Source: an uncultured Chloroflexia bacterium (GTDB lineage: Bacteria > Chloroflexota > Limnocylindria > Limnocylindrales > CSP1-4). Taken from it: a stretch of DNA of 64,000 nucleotides. Positions 10,319 to 19,328 of this stretch are shown here, piece after piece (position 1 is the stretch's first letter; every line of letters begins with the position of its first letter). The DNA lies in the NCBI GenBank assembly GCA_963833225.1, contig CAWHXD010000008.1, forward strand, positions 672,001-736,000, in the 5' to 3' direction. Position numbers and translations under genes: made by a program. The notes beneath the pieces are model-generated. The model saw nothing but the letters and a program-made list of their open reading frames with translations. It ran no database searches and was not told where the DNA came from.

Positions 10319-11685
10319 GCATCGCCGACCTCGTCCGCGAGGCCGCCGCGGACCCTCGTGTCTCCGCCTCGGCCGACGAGTGCCTCAAGTGCAACGTGTG
10401 CAACACCGTGTGCCCGGTGATGCGCGTGACGGACCTGTTCCCGGGACCCAAGTACTCGGGCCCCCAGGCCCAGCGGTTCCGGCTCGCCGGCCTCCAGCAG
10501 GTCCAGGGCGAGGGCTCGACCAACCCCCGCTCGCCCGACCACTCGGTCGACTACTGCTCGGGCTGCGGCTGGTGCACGTCGGCGTGCCCGGCCGGCGTCA
10601 AGGTCGCGGAGATGAACAGCCAGGCGCGCGCACGGCTGCGCGAGGGCCGGCGGCCCAAGCTGCGCGACTGGGTCCTCGGCCAGACCGACCTCACCGGATC
10701 CCTCGGCGTCGCGTTCTCCCCGATCGCGAATGTCGCGATGCGGAGCCGCGTCGTCCGAACCGCGATGGAGGTCGCCATCGGCGTCCACCGGCGGGCGCCG
10801 GTGCCGCCGTTCGCGCGGCGGACGTTCCGCTCCTCCTGGCAGAGGCGTGGTGCCGGTCATGGCGTCGAGCCCACGAACCTGCCCGGGCCTGACCGTGCCG
10901 TCGTGTACTTCCACGGCTGCTCGGCCAACTACTACGAGCCGCACGTGGCGGAGGCGGCCATCGCCGTCCTGGCCCGCAACGGCTTCGAGACCATCGTCCC
11001 GGCGCAGGTGTGCTGCGGGCTGCCGCTGATCAGCAACGGCCTGTATCGCGAGGCCCGTGACCGGGCCCGGACCAACACCCGGGTCCTGGCGGACTACGCC
11101 CGCAGGGGCTACCGGATCGTCGGCACTTCCACGTCCTGCACGCACACGCTCAAGGCGGAGTACGAGGAGATGCTCGACCTGCACGACGAGGACACGCTCG
11201 CCGTGGCGAACGCGACCTGGGACATCTGCGAGTTCCTGCTCGACCTCCACGAGGCCGGCCGGCTGGACACGGGGTTTGGACGGCTCGACGCCGATCTCCC
11301 CTACCACGCTCCCTGCCAGCTGCGGAGCCACGGGATCGGGCTGCCGGCGCTGGACCTGTTCGCGCTGGTTCCAGGCCTCCGGGCCCACGACATGGACCAC
11401 GACTGCTGCGGCATCGCCGGCACCTACGGGCTCAAGCGAGAGAAGTACGAGATCGCGATGCGCGTCGGGGCGCCGCTGTTCGAGAAGGTCAGGGCGTCGG
11501 GGGCCGCGACCGCGGCCTGCGACTCCGAGACCTGCCGCTGGCAGATCGAGACGGCGACCGGCGTGCGGACGCGCCATCCCGTGGAGATCCTGCTCGACGC
11601 CTATCGGGCCGCGGACCGCGCCAATGCCGGCGAGGGCGACCCCTCGGCGATCCCCGCCTCCCCCAGCCGAGACCCATCGCGATGA
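10315..11685 (+). CDS. glpC: Anaerobic glycerol-3-phosphate dehydrogenase subunit C (Fe-S, CCG domains)
   Basis: CLKCNVCNTVCP, CSGCGWCTSACP, CCGLP, CCGIAGTYG. Confidence 0.92.
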   Translation: MSIADLVREAAADPRVSASADECLKCNVCNTVCPVMRVTDLFPGPKYSGPQAQRFRLAGLQQVQGEGSTNPRSPDHSVDYCSGCGWCTSACPAGVKVAEMNSQARARLREGRRPKLRDWVLGQTDLTGSLGVAFSPIANVAMRSRVVRTAMEVAIGVHRRAPVPPFARRTFRSSWQRRGAGHGVEPTNLPGPDRAVVYFHGCSANYYEPHVAEAAIAVLARNGFETIVPAQVCCGLPLISNGLYREARDRARTNTRVLADYARRGYRIVGTSTSCTHTLKAEYEEMLDLHDEDTLAVANATWDICEFLLDLHEAGRLDTGFGRLDADLPYHAPCQLRSHGIGLPALDLFALVPGLRAHDMDHDCCGIAGTYGLKREKYEIAMRVGAPLFEKVRASGAATAACDSETCRWQIETATGVRTRHPVEILLDAYRAADRANAGEGDPSAIPASPSRDPSR

Positions 11686-12752
11686 GCCTGCCCCAGCCGC
11701 CCCCGCTGCCCCGGGTGCTCGTGATCGGCTCGGGTGCGGTGGGCTCGTTCCTCGGCGGCACGCTCGCGGCCGCCGGTCACGAGGTCGTGCTCCTGGACCG
11801 GCGCGTGCTCGGCGGCGACGACGCCACGCGGTTGCGGATCGAGGGGCCCGGCGGCTCCGAAACCGTGCCGGTGCGGCGGGTCGTGGACCCGGCCGACGCC
11901 GCCGAGCCGGGGCTGATCCTCGTGGCCGTCAAGGTGTTCCACGTCGATGGGGCGCTGGAGACCGCCGCGCGCTGGCCGGATGTCCCGCTGATGACCGTCC
12001 AGAACGGCGTGGGTGCCGAGGAGCAGGCGCGCGCCGCGCGCCGCTCGCCACTGCTGGCGGCCTCGCTGACGACGGCCGTCGAACCGCTCGTCGATGGGGT
12101 GCGGCGGACGCGCACGGGCGGCGTGGGGGTGGCCGTCATCGATGGCGATGGCGCGGCGGCGGCGGCTCCGGTGGCCGAGCTCGTTGCGGCTTCCTGGGCC
12201 CGCGCCGGGCTGCCGTCGCGCATCTACGAGCGCTTCGCGGCGATGAAGTGGTCCAAGCTCCTGGGCAACCTGGTCGGCAACGCGACGAGCGCGATCCTGG
12301 ACATGGACCCGGGCGACATCTACGCGGACCGTCGGACGTATCCCATCGAGCGCGACCAGCTCCACGAGGCCGTCGCCGTGATGCGGGCCCTGGGCCTGCG
12401 CCCCGTCTCGCTTCCCGGCGCGGACGTGTCGCTCCTGCTGCGCGGCCTCGCGCTGCCGGTCGCCATCGGCCGCCCGATCGTCTCGCGAGCCATCGCCGGT
12501 GCCCGTGGCGGCAAGTCGCCGTCGCTCCGCCTCCACGTCCGGCGTGACGGGGCGGGTCTCCCCACCGAGGCGCGCTGGCTCAACGGGGCCGTGGCCGGCG
12601 GCGGCGTGCGCGTGGGCGTGGCCGCCCCGGTCAACGCGGGCCTCGCCGCGCTGGTGGACGAGGTGGCTGCCGACGCCGGGCGCGCGGCCTGGTTCGCCCG
12701 CCGCCCGGACCGGCTGGTGACGGCGCTCGAGGCGTGGCGCCTTCGTCCGTAG
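11682..12752 (+). CDS. Ketopantoate-reductase (PanE/ApbA) family NAD(P)-dependent oxidoreductase
   Basis: IGSGAVG Rossmann motif, VAVK, VQNGVG, KWSKLLGNL, TEARWLNGAV; ATGA overlap with glpC. Confidence 0.85.
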   Translation: MSLPQPPPLPRVLVIGSGAVGSFLGGTLAAAGHEVVLLDRRVLGGDDATRLRIEGPGGSETVPVRRVVDPADAAEPGLILVAVKVFHVDGALETAARWPDVPLMTVQNGVGAEEQARAARRSPLLAASLTTAVEPLVDGVRRTRTGGVGVAVIDGDGAAAAAPVAELVAASWARAGLPSRIYERFAAMKWSKLLGNLVGNATSAILDMDPGDIYADRRTYPIERDQLHEAVAVMRALGLRPVSLPGADVSLLLRGLALPVAIGRPIVSRAIAGARGGKSPSLRLHVRRDGAGLPTEARWLNGAVAGGGVRVGVAAPVNAGLAALVDEVAADAGRAAWFARRPDRLVTALEAWRLRP

Positions 12753-12769
12753 CGCCGGACCGCGGGCTC

Positions 12770-12775
12770 TATACT
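12770..12775 (+). promoter_or_regulatory. -10 box of a probable leaderless plsY transcript
   Basis: TATACT 8 nt upstream of GTG 12784; no SD sequence. Confidence 0.55.
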
Positions 12776-12783
12776 CGGGCCCC

Positions 12784-13413
12784 GTGGAACCCTTCCAGCT
12801 CCTGCGCGCCGCCGTGCTGATCGCCGCCGGCTACGGCATCGGCGGCGTCCCGTGGGGCGTCATCGTCGCGAGGATCGCCGGGGGTCCTGATCCCCGGACC
12901 ATCGGGAGTGGGCGGACGGGCGGCGCGAACACGATGCGTGCCCTGGGACCCCAGCTCGCCCTCGTCGCCGGCCTGCTCGACATGCTCAAGGGAACCGCCG
13001 CCATCCTGCTCGTCCGCGCGCTGGGGGCCGGCGTGGAGGTCGAGGTGCTCGCGGGCCTGGCCGCGATCGTCGGCCACAGCCGGTCGCCATTCCTCGGGTT
13101 TGGTGGCGGGCGGGGCGTCGCACCCGCGTTCGGTGGCCTGCTGGCGTTCCAGCCCCTGGTGGCGCTCGCGGTCCTGCCGGTGTTCGGCGGCGTGATCGCG
13201 ATCACCCGCTACTCCTCACTCGGATCGCTGACGGGGTCGGCGTTCGGGGGGATCCTGCTGGCGTTCCTGACCGCGACGATCCCGCTCGACCCGTGGCTGT
13301 ACCTGTTCTCGCTCGGTGCCGCCGTTCTCGTCTGGCTGTTCCACTGGGACAACATCGGGCGGCTGCTGCGCGGACAGGAGCGCAAGGTCGGGGCTCCGCC
13401 TCCCGAGGGCTGA
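12784..13413 (+). CDS. plsY: Glycerol-3-phosphate acyltransferase
   Basis: GYGIGGVPWG, GSGRTGGANTMR, DMLKG, GHSRSPFLGFGGGRGVA, HWDNIGRLLRGQE. Confidence 0.93.
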   Translation: MEPFQLLRAAVLIAAGYGIGGVPWGVIVARIAGGPDPRTIGSGRTGGANTMRALGPQLALVAGLLDMLKGTAAILLVRALGAGVEVEVLAGLAAIVGHSRSPFLGFGGGRGVAPAFGGLLAFQPLVALAVLPVFGGVIAITRYSSLGSLTGSAFGGILLAFLTATIPLDPWLYLFSLGAAVLVWLFHWDNIGRLLRGQERKVGAPPPEG

Positions 13414-13450
13414 GCGGCGAGCTCACTGCCGCGTCGAGCGTGGTCGCAGG

Positions 13451-13629
13451 CGTCACGACTTGACGCTCCGTCACGTTGCCGGGCCTCAAGCGCCACTCGG
13501 TCCCCGCCACGGGCGGTCCGACAGCCTCCTGGGCCCAGTCTCTTGACTCCGCGTCGCGATCCTGGCGCGAGGCGAGGCGCCGCAACGGCTTCGGCCCCGA
13601 ACGCGTGACGCTCAGTCAGGTTCGGGACG
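13451..13629. repeat. Long imperfect inverted repeat (rod hairpin B) between convergent genes
   Basis: Pairings: 13451-13464/13615-13629, 13469-13475/13604-13610, 13475-13487/13574-13586, 13490-13495/13563-13568. Confidence 0.6.
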
Positions 13630-13705
13630 GGGAGCCGGGCAACCGCGAGCGCCCCCACGGTGGCCGCCCCGACGGCCAGCGCGAACCGCCCCGGGACACG
13701 CATCC

Positions 13706-14125
13706 TCAGAACGCCCGGCCGCGGGTGGGCCGGATCCGGATCGGGACGTTGTAGACGGTCATGAACTCCTCGGGCGTCGAGAAGTCGTCGCGGATCAAGT
13801 CCCCGTACTTCGCGAGGTAGGCGGCGTTGTCCCCGGGCGCCGGCGCGGTGTCGTCGATCCGGGCCTCACCCTCGACGATCACGATGTCGCCACCGCGGCC
13901 GTTGTCGTTGAGGTGCAGGGTCACCCGCGGGTTGGCGGCGATGTTGCCGTTCCGCTTTGCCCGGCGGTCGCTGTAGATCAGGGCTTCCCCGGCGTCCCAC
14001 AGGAACCAGATGGGGAAGGTCTGCGGCTGGCCTTCGGGCGTGATGGTGGTCAGCCAGCCGATCACGTCCGTTCCCAGGCGCTCGAGCGCGTGGCGGTCGG
14101 CGTCGGACCCGGTATCGAACACCAT
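13706..14125 (-). CDS. PPOX-class (pyridoxamine 5'-phosphate oxidase-like), probably F420-dependent oxidoreductase
   Basis: IGWLTTITPEGQPQTFPIWFLWD, KRNGNIAANPRVTLHL, YLAKY; GGAGG RBS. Confidence 0.85.
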   Translation of the reverse strand: MVFDTGSDADRHALERLGTDVIGWLTTITPEGQPQTFPIWFLWDAGEALIYSDRRAKRNGNIAANPRVTLHLNDNGRGGDIVIVEGEARIDDTAPAPGDNAAYLAKYGDLIRDDFSTPEEFMTVYNVPIRIRPTRGRAF

Positions 14126-14147
14126 GGGTGCGTCCTCCGTGTGACTG

Positions 14148-14933
14148 CTAGATGGCGGCCGGCCGGGTGGCCGGTCGGGAGCGGACATCGTCAAGGAATG
14201 CGAGCGATCGCGGGTCGCGCTCGAGGGCGACCCGCATGAAGTCGCGCATCGATGCCTCGACCTCACGCTCCGTCACCTCCGAGAGCCGCAGGCCGGCGAT
14301 GGCCTCGACATCGAGACGCTGATAGGCCTTGAGCAGCTTGAGGGCCTCGAGCGTCAGGCGGGCCCGGTCGGCCGGTGGTCCGGGGCAGCGGCTGCAGACC
14401 ACGCCCCCCAGCGGCGGCACCCAGCGGAACGCCTCGGACGCCTCGAGCATCCGATCGCACTCCACGCACCGGTCCACCTCCGGGCGCTGGCCCAGCTCGT
14501 CGGCGAGGTGCATCTCGTACCAGCGGGCGACCCGCCCCGGCGCCATGCCCGCGTCGAGCAGCTCGTAGGCACGGTGGAGCAGCGCGTACAGCGCCTGGGC
14601 CTCGTGGCGCTCCTCGAGGCTCCGGTCGGCGAGCTCGGCGAGGTACCATGCCGTGGCGGCGCTCTCGAGGTTGTCCCGCAGGCCCAGCCAGGCGTGTCCC
14701 ACGCGGACCTCCGTGACCACGTCGAACGTTCGACCTCGCGCCAGGCCGACCGTCAGCTCCGCAAACGGCTCCAGCGAGCCGCCGAGGCGCGAGGTCGGGC
14801 GCCGGATGCCCTTGGCGATGGCCTTGAGCTTGCCGTGCTCGGGCGTGATGAGCGTCAGGACCCGGTCTGCCTCGCCCAGGTCAAACCGGGAGAGGACGAT
14901 CGCATCGGTGACGTAGCGGCGCGGGGCGGGCAC
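14148..14933 (-). CDS. recO: DNA repair protein RecO
   Basis: LGEADRVLTLIT...GKLKAIAKGIRRPTSRLGGSLEPF; CVEC and CSRC zinc motifs. Confidence 0.95.
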   Translation of the reverse strand: MPAPRRYVTDAIVLSRFDLGEADRVLTLITPEHGKLKAIAKGIRRPTSRLGGSLEPFAELTVGLARGRTFDVVTEVRVGHAWLGLRDNLESAATAWYLAELADRSLEERHEAQALYALLHRAYELLDAGMAPGRVARWYEMHLADELGQRPEVDRCVECDRMLEASEAFRWVPPLGGVVCSRCPGPPADRARLTLEALKLLKAYQRLDVEAIAGLRLSEVTEREVEASMRDFMRVALERDPRSLAFLDDVRSRPATRPAAI

Positions 14934-14980
14934 GCACCCACGCTAGCACTCCGGGGGCCGGCCGTCGCCCGCGCGGGCTG

Positions 14981-15736
14981 TCAGGAGGTCGCGGCCGGCT
15001 CCGCCTCGCGCGCCAGTCGGACAGCCTCGTGGGCGCCATCGGCGAACGCGTCACCATGCCCCGGCAGGACCAGGGACGCCTCGATCCGCTCGAGCCTGTC
15101 GAGCGAGGCGAGGGCGGCAGGGCGATCGGCACAGAACGGGGCGAGCCTTGGACCCCGCTCCCCCGTCGTCACGGCGTGCGTTGCCAGCGCATCGCCGACG
15201 AACAGCGCGTCGTGCCCGCGGAGATGGAGGGCCGCGCTGCCGGGCGTGTGGCCCGGGACGGCAATGACCTGCGGCGAGCCCGGCAGGTCCAGGGTCGTGC
15301 CGTCGCCGAAGGTGGACACCTCGGTGAGGGCCGGCACGCGCAGGAGCCCGTGGCGAGCCGCCCACCACAGGAACGAGAGCACCGGTCCAATCCGGGTTGC
15401 CCCGTTCTGGGCGGGGTTCGGGACCTCCTGGCGCGCGAGCGCGGCGTCCGCCTCGTGGACCAGGACCCGCCAGCCGCGCTCGCGCCGAGCACGTTCAGCG
15501 TAGCCCACGTGATCCGAGTGTCCGTGCGTCAGGACGATCCCGCGGACATCCTCGGGCGAACGGCCCATGGCGGCCAGCTCCGCCGGTACCCGCCCCCAGA
15601 GCCCGGGGGCGCCGGCATCGATGATCGTGACCTCTCCCCCGTCGTCCACGAGGTACGAGTTGACGATGCTGTCCGGACCCACCCGGTGGATCCGCGGTGC
15701 GATCCGCATCAAGTTCCTCCTGTGCCAGGCGGCCAT
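14981..15736 (-). CDS. Metallo-beta-lactamase-fold hydrolase
   Basis: LTHGHSDHVG (HxHxDH), GHTPGS, VGDAL, LPGHG; start may be ATG 15709. Confidence 0.9.
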   Translation of the reverse strand: MAAWHRRNLMRIAPRIHRVGPDSIVNSYLVDDGGEVTIIDAGAPGLWGRVPAELAAMGRSPEDVRGIVLTHGHSDHVGYAERARRERGWRVLVHEADAALARQEVPNPAQNGATRIGPVLSFLWWAARHGLLRVPALTEVSTFGDGTTLDLPGSPQVIAVPGHTPGSAALHLRGHDALFVGDALATHAVTTGERGPRLAPFCADRPAALASLDRLERIEASLVLPGHGDAFADGAHEAVRLAREAEPAATS

Positions 15737-15757
15737 TGTTCCGTATCGGCGGCCCGG

Positions 15758-16174
15758 TCAGGCACTCCGGCCCGCGAGACGGGCCGCCACCGCGGTGCCC
15801 GGGCCAAGGGTGATCAGCAGCACCTGGTCGACCATGACGACCGTGGCGAAAGCCCCGGCCGGCACGGGCTGGCCCGCGAGCGCGAGCGCGCCGGCGACCC
15901 CCAGCAGGAGCCCGGTGCCGATGAGCTCGCGAGCACGGAGCGGCAGCGGGTTGTCCGCCTTGGGGGCGACGCCAGGCCCCGACGCGGCGACGACGGATGG
16001 CGCCGGGGAGGCTGGGGCGACGACCAGGCCCCACGCGACGACCAGCACGATCGGCGCCGCGACCGCGAGGACGGCGCGAGCCGGGCCATCGACCGGGGCG
16101 GTGGCGCCCAGCCAGGCAACCGCGCCGACGCCGGCCAGCTCCAGCATGAAGCGCGTCGCGAGGGTGATCATCAT
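15758..16174 (-). CDS. Small membrane protein (YrdB/DUF2568-like)
   Basis: LATRFMLELAG...VAWGLVVAPAS...ARELI pattern; 4 hydrophobic segments. Confidence 0.65.
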   Translation of the reverse strand: MMITLATRFMLELAGVGAVAWLGATAPVDGPARAVLAVAAPIVLVVAWGLVVAPASPAPSVVAASGPGVAPKADNPLPLRARELIGTGLLLGVAGALALAGQPVPAGAFATVVMVDQVLLITLGPGTAVAARLAGRSA

Positions 16175-16228
16175 GTCCAGGGTCCTCCCTTGCCGTCGTT
16201 GCGGCCGTGCGGTACGATCCGTGATGTA

Positions 16229-16267
16229 GGCTACTGTACATAGCCATCATCGCTACTGTCAATAGCC
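16229..16267. promoter_or_regulatory. Tandem near-palindromic TetR operator candidates
   Basis: GGCTACTGTACATAGCC (16229-16245) and GCTACTGTCAATAGCC (16252-16267) between divergent genes. Confidence 0.65.
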
Positions 16268-16294
16268 ATAGCTCGACCGAACCGGAGGCCTGCC

Positions 16295-16915
16295 GTGCCC
16301 ACTCCGCCGCGCACCTCGCTCGAGGAGATCGTCGAGGCGGGCCGTGCCATCCTTGACACCGACGGCCTCGATGCCCTGACCATGCACGGCGTGGCCGCCG
16401 TCGTCGGCGTCCGGGCCCCGTCGCTCTACAAGCGGGTGCGCGACCGCGACGCGCTGGTCCGGCTGATCGCGGCGGATGTCCTCGGGGACCTCGGCGCGAC
16501 GCTGTCGGGCGCCGTCACGGGCCGTGATCCCCTTGCCGACCTGCAGGCCATCGCGATCGTCTTCCGGGCCTGGGCACACCAGCACCCGGGGGGCTTCGGG
16601 CTCCTGTTCTCGCGCCTGCCCGACGCATGGCGGCTCGAGCCCGACGCCGGGAGCGGTGCCCTCGATGCCCTGTTCGCGACCATCGCCGGGCTGGCCGAAC
16701 CCGATGACGTGCTCGACGCCTCGCGAACGGTCGTCGCCTGGGCGGCAGGGTTCGTGGGCATGGAGCTCTCCGGCGCGTTCCGCCTGGGCGGCGACGTGGA
16801 CGCCGCGTTCGTCTACGGCGTCGGGCGCCTTGGCGAGGCGATCGCGTCCACCGGCCATGCAGCATCATCCGCAGCCGCGGCGCGCCAACAGGCTACTTTT
16901 GGCGGACACGTTTAG
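16295..16915 (+). CDS. TetR/AcrR-family regulator
   Basis: EIVEAGRAILDTDGLDALTMHGVAAVVGVRAPSLYKRV helix-turn-helix. Confidence 0.92.
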   Translation: MPTPPRTSLEEIVEAGRAILDTDGLDALTMHGVAAVVGVRAPSLYKRVRDRDALVRLIAADVLGDLGATLSGAVTGRDPLADLQAIAIVFRAWAHQHPGGFGLLFSRLPDAWRLEPDAGSGALDALFATIAGLAEPDDVLDASRTVVAWAAGFVGMELSGAFRLGGDVDAAFVYGVGRLGEAIASTGHAASSAAAARQQATFGGHV

Positions 16916-16943
16916 CCCGAATTGGGCTACACTCGACGGCACC

Positions 16944-17967
16944 ATGACCGTCAGCAACGACATCGACCTGGACCTGCTCCTCGCCGACACGGAGGCCGAG
17001 ATCCTCCGGGTGGTCAGCCACGGCGACGCATCCACCGCCGGTGTCTACGAGATGATCCGCTATCACCTCGGGCTGGACGGATCGCACGGTCCACGCGGCA
17101 AGCGGATGCGCCCGCTCCTGGGGCTGCTCGCCTACGCCTCCATCGCCGGCGACCACGCGCGTGCCCTCCCCGGCGCCGCGGCCGTGGAGCTGGGCCACAA
17201 CTTCAGCCTCGTCCACGACGACATCGAGGACGGCGACGTGGAGCGCCGCCACCGCGCGACCCTGTGGGCGCTCCACGGGGTCCCGCAGGCGATCAACACC
17301 GGCGACCTCATCTTCAGCCTCAGCCGGGTGGCGCTGCACCGCCTGACGGACCTGGGCTTCAGCGATGCGAAGGTCCTGCGCCTGATGCGCCTCTACGACG
17401 AGACGTGCGTGATGCTGTGCGAGGGCCAGTACATCGACATCGCCACGTCCGCGTCCGATGAGCCGATGACCGTCGAGCTGTACTACGACATGATCGGGCG
17501 CAAGACCGCGGCCCTGATCAGCGCCTCGATCGAGGCCGGTGCGCTGCTCGCGACCGACGACGAGGCCGTGATCGCCGGCTACCGGCGCTTCGGCTGGTCG
17601 CTTGGGCTCGCCTTCCAGCTCAACGACGACCTGCTCGGCATCTGGGGCCTGGAGCAGAAGACCGGCAAGGTGCCGACGGACGTCGCGCGCCACAAGAAGA
17701 CGCTGCCGGTCCTGTACGCGTTCGAGCACGCCACGCCGGCGGATCGCGAGCGGCTGGCGAACCTGTACGCTGAAGACCGCCCCGACCGACGCGGAGATCG
17801 CCGAGACGGTGGCCATCCTCGAGCGTGCCGGCGCCGCGGACTTCACCCGGGCGGAGGCCGGGCGCCATCGAGATGCCTGCATCGCCGAGCTCGAGGCGCT
17901 CACGATCGTGGATCCTGCCGCACGCGAGAAGCTGCGCGCGATCATCGTGTCGGTGATCAGCGCCTAG
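16944..17967 (+). CDS. Polyprenyl (GGPP/FPP) synthase, with a frameshift near 17775
   Basis: GKRMRP, HNFSLVHDDIEDGD, GQYID, KTA, FQLNDDLLG; C-terminus (TDAEIAETVAILERAGA...) lies in the frame of ORF 17602-17967. Confidence 0.88.
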
Positions 17968-17987
17968 CGGAGTCTCCGCGGGGAGCG

Positions 17988-19328
17988 CTACTGGTCGTCC
18001 GGGTCCGACGCGTCCTCGCCCAGGCGCTCGCGCACGACGAGCACCTTGCCCACCCGCCGGCCGTCGGTGGTCTCCACGGTCAGCCGCAGGCCGTCGACCT
18101 GGATCTCGTCGCCGGGGCTCGGGACGCCGCCGATCCGGTGGTACACGAGTCCGCCCACGGTGTCGTACTCGTCCTCGTCCTCGAGCGGGCCTTTGATGTC
18201 CCAGATGTCAAGCAGGTCCTCGATCGACGCACGCCCGTCGACACGGGCCCGGTCGGGGTCGAGCTGCTCGACGAGCGGCTCCTCCACGTCGTACTCGTCC
18301 TGGATCTCGCCCACGATCTCCTCGAGCAGGTCCTCGATGGTCACCAGGCCCGCGGTGCCGCCGTACTCATCGAGCACGATCGCGATGTGGACCTTCCGCC
18401 GCTGGAACTCGTGGAGCAGGTCGTCGATCGACATCGACTCCGGGACGAAGACCGGCGTCCGGAGCAGATCCCGCAGGACGGGGCGGTGGGCCGTCGACTT
18501 GAGGAACGGCAGCAGGTCCTTCGCGTACAGGATGCCGACGACCTCGTCGACCGACGACTCGTACACCGGGACCCTGGAATGACCCTGGTCGATGATCGTG
18601 TCGATCGCCTCGTCGAACGTCGCCTCGGTCGGCAGGGCGACGATCGCGGTGCGCGGGACCATGACCTCGTGGAGGCGCCGGTCGCCAAGCTCGATGACCG
18701 CGTTGATCATCTGCTCCTCCTCGGCCTCGAGGATCCCCTGCTCGCCCCCGCGCTCCACGATCAGGCGCAGCTCCTCGGCCGTGATCTGGGCCTCGGAGCT
18801 GACCTCGGCGCCGAGCAGGCGCGAGCATCGTGTTGGTGGTGACCGTGAGGAACGCCACGAGCGGCCGGAAGATCCGGCCGAGCAGGTCCACGGGGCGCGC
18901 CAGCGCGAGCGCGAAGGCTTCCGGGTGCGCGAGGGCCAGGGACTTGGGCACGAGCTCGCCGAACACGATCGTGAACAGGGACAGCAGGATCGGTCACGGT
19001 GAACAGGCCGATGGCACCCGCAACGTCCCCGCGCCGATGCCCAGCCGACGCGAGGAGCTCGCGAGAGGCCAGCGGGCAGGCTCACGCCGGCGAACGCCGA
19101 CGCGAGGAACCCGATGAAGGTGATGGCCGAGCTGGATGACCGCGAGGAAGCGACCCGGATCGCGCGATGAGCCGCTGCACGCGGCTCGCGCCCGCGCCGG
19201 CCCTCGTCCACGAGCTGCTCCACGCGGCTGGGCCGGAGCGAGACCAGGGCGATCTCCGCGGCCACGAAGACCGCATCGAGCAGGATGAGCAGGATGATGA
19301 TCGTGAGCTCGAGGAGCGTGTCGCCCAT
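17988..19328 (-). CDS. HlyC/CorC (CNNM-CBS-CorC) family transporter, with several compensating frameshifts at about 18830-19200
   Basis: FVAAEIALVSLR; FGELVPKSLAL in another frame; EVMVPRT, GHSRVPVY, VLDEYGGTAGLVTIEDLLEEIVGEIQDEYD. Confidence 0.88.
   Translation of the reverse strand: MGDTLLELTIIILLILLDAVFVAAEIALVSLRPSRVEQLVDEGRRGREPRAAAHRAIRVASSRSSSSAITFIGFLASAFAGVSLPAGLSRAPRVGWASARGRCGCHRPVHRDRSCCPCSRSCSASSCPSPWPSRTRKPSRSRWRAPWTCSAGSSGRSWRSSRSPPTRCSRLLGAEVSSEAQITAEELRLIVERGGEQGILEAEEEQMINAVIELGDRRLHEVMVPRTAIVALPTEATFDEAIDTIIDQGHSRVPVYESSVDEVVGILYAKDLLPFLKSTAHRPVLRDLLRTPVFVPESMSIDDLLHEFQRRKVHIAIVLDEYGGTAGLVTIEDLLEEIVGEIQDEYDVEEPLVEQLDPDRARVDGRASIEDLLDIWDIKGPLEDEDEYDTVGGLVYHRIGGVPSPGDEIQVDGLRLTVETTDGRRVGKVLVVRERLGEDASDPDDQ

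Noticed and set aside
8917-11577. 886-aa minus-strand ORF
   Set aside because: Antisense to glpB/glpC, with no recognisable motifs
13209-13703. 164-aa minus-strand ORF with a hydrophobic start
   Set aside because: Overlaps plsY antisense by about 200 nt, has no recognisable domain, and spans hairpin B
16476-18842. 788-aa 'long' polyprenyl synthase
   Set aside because: The extension arises from a frameshift and runs antisense into the corC-like gene
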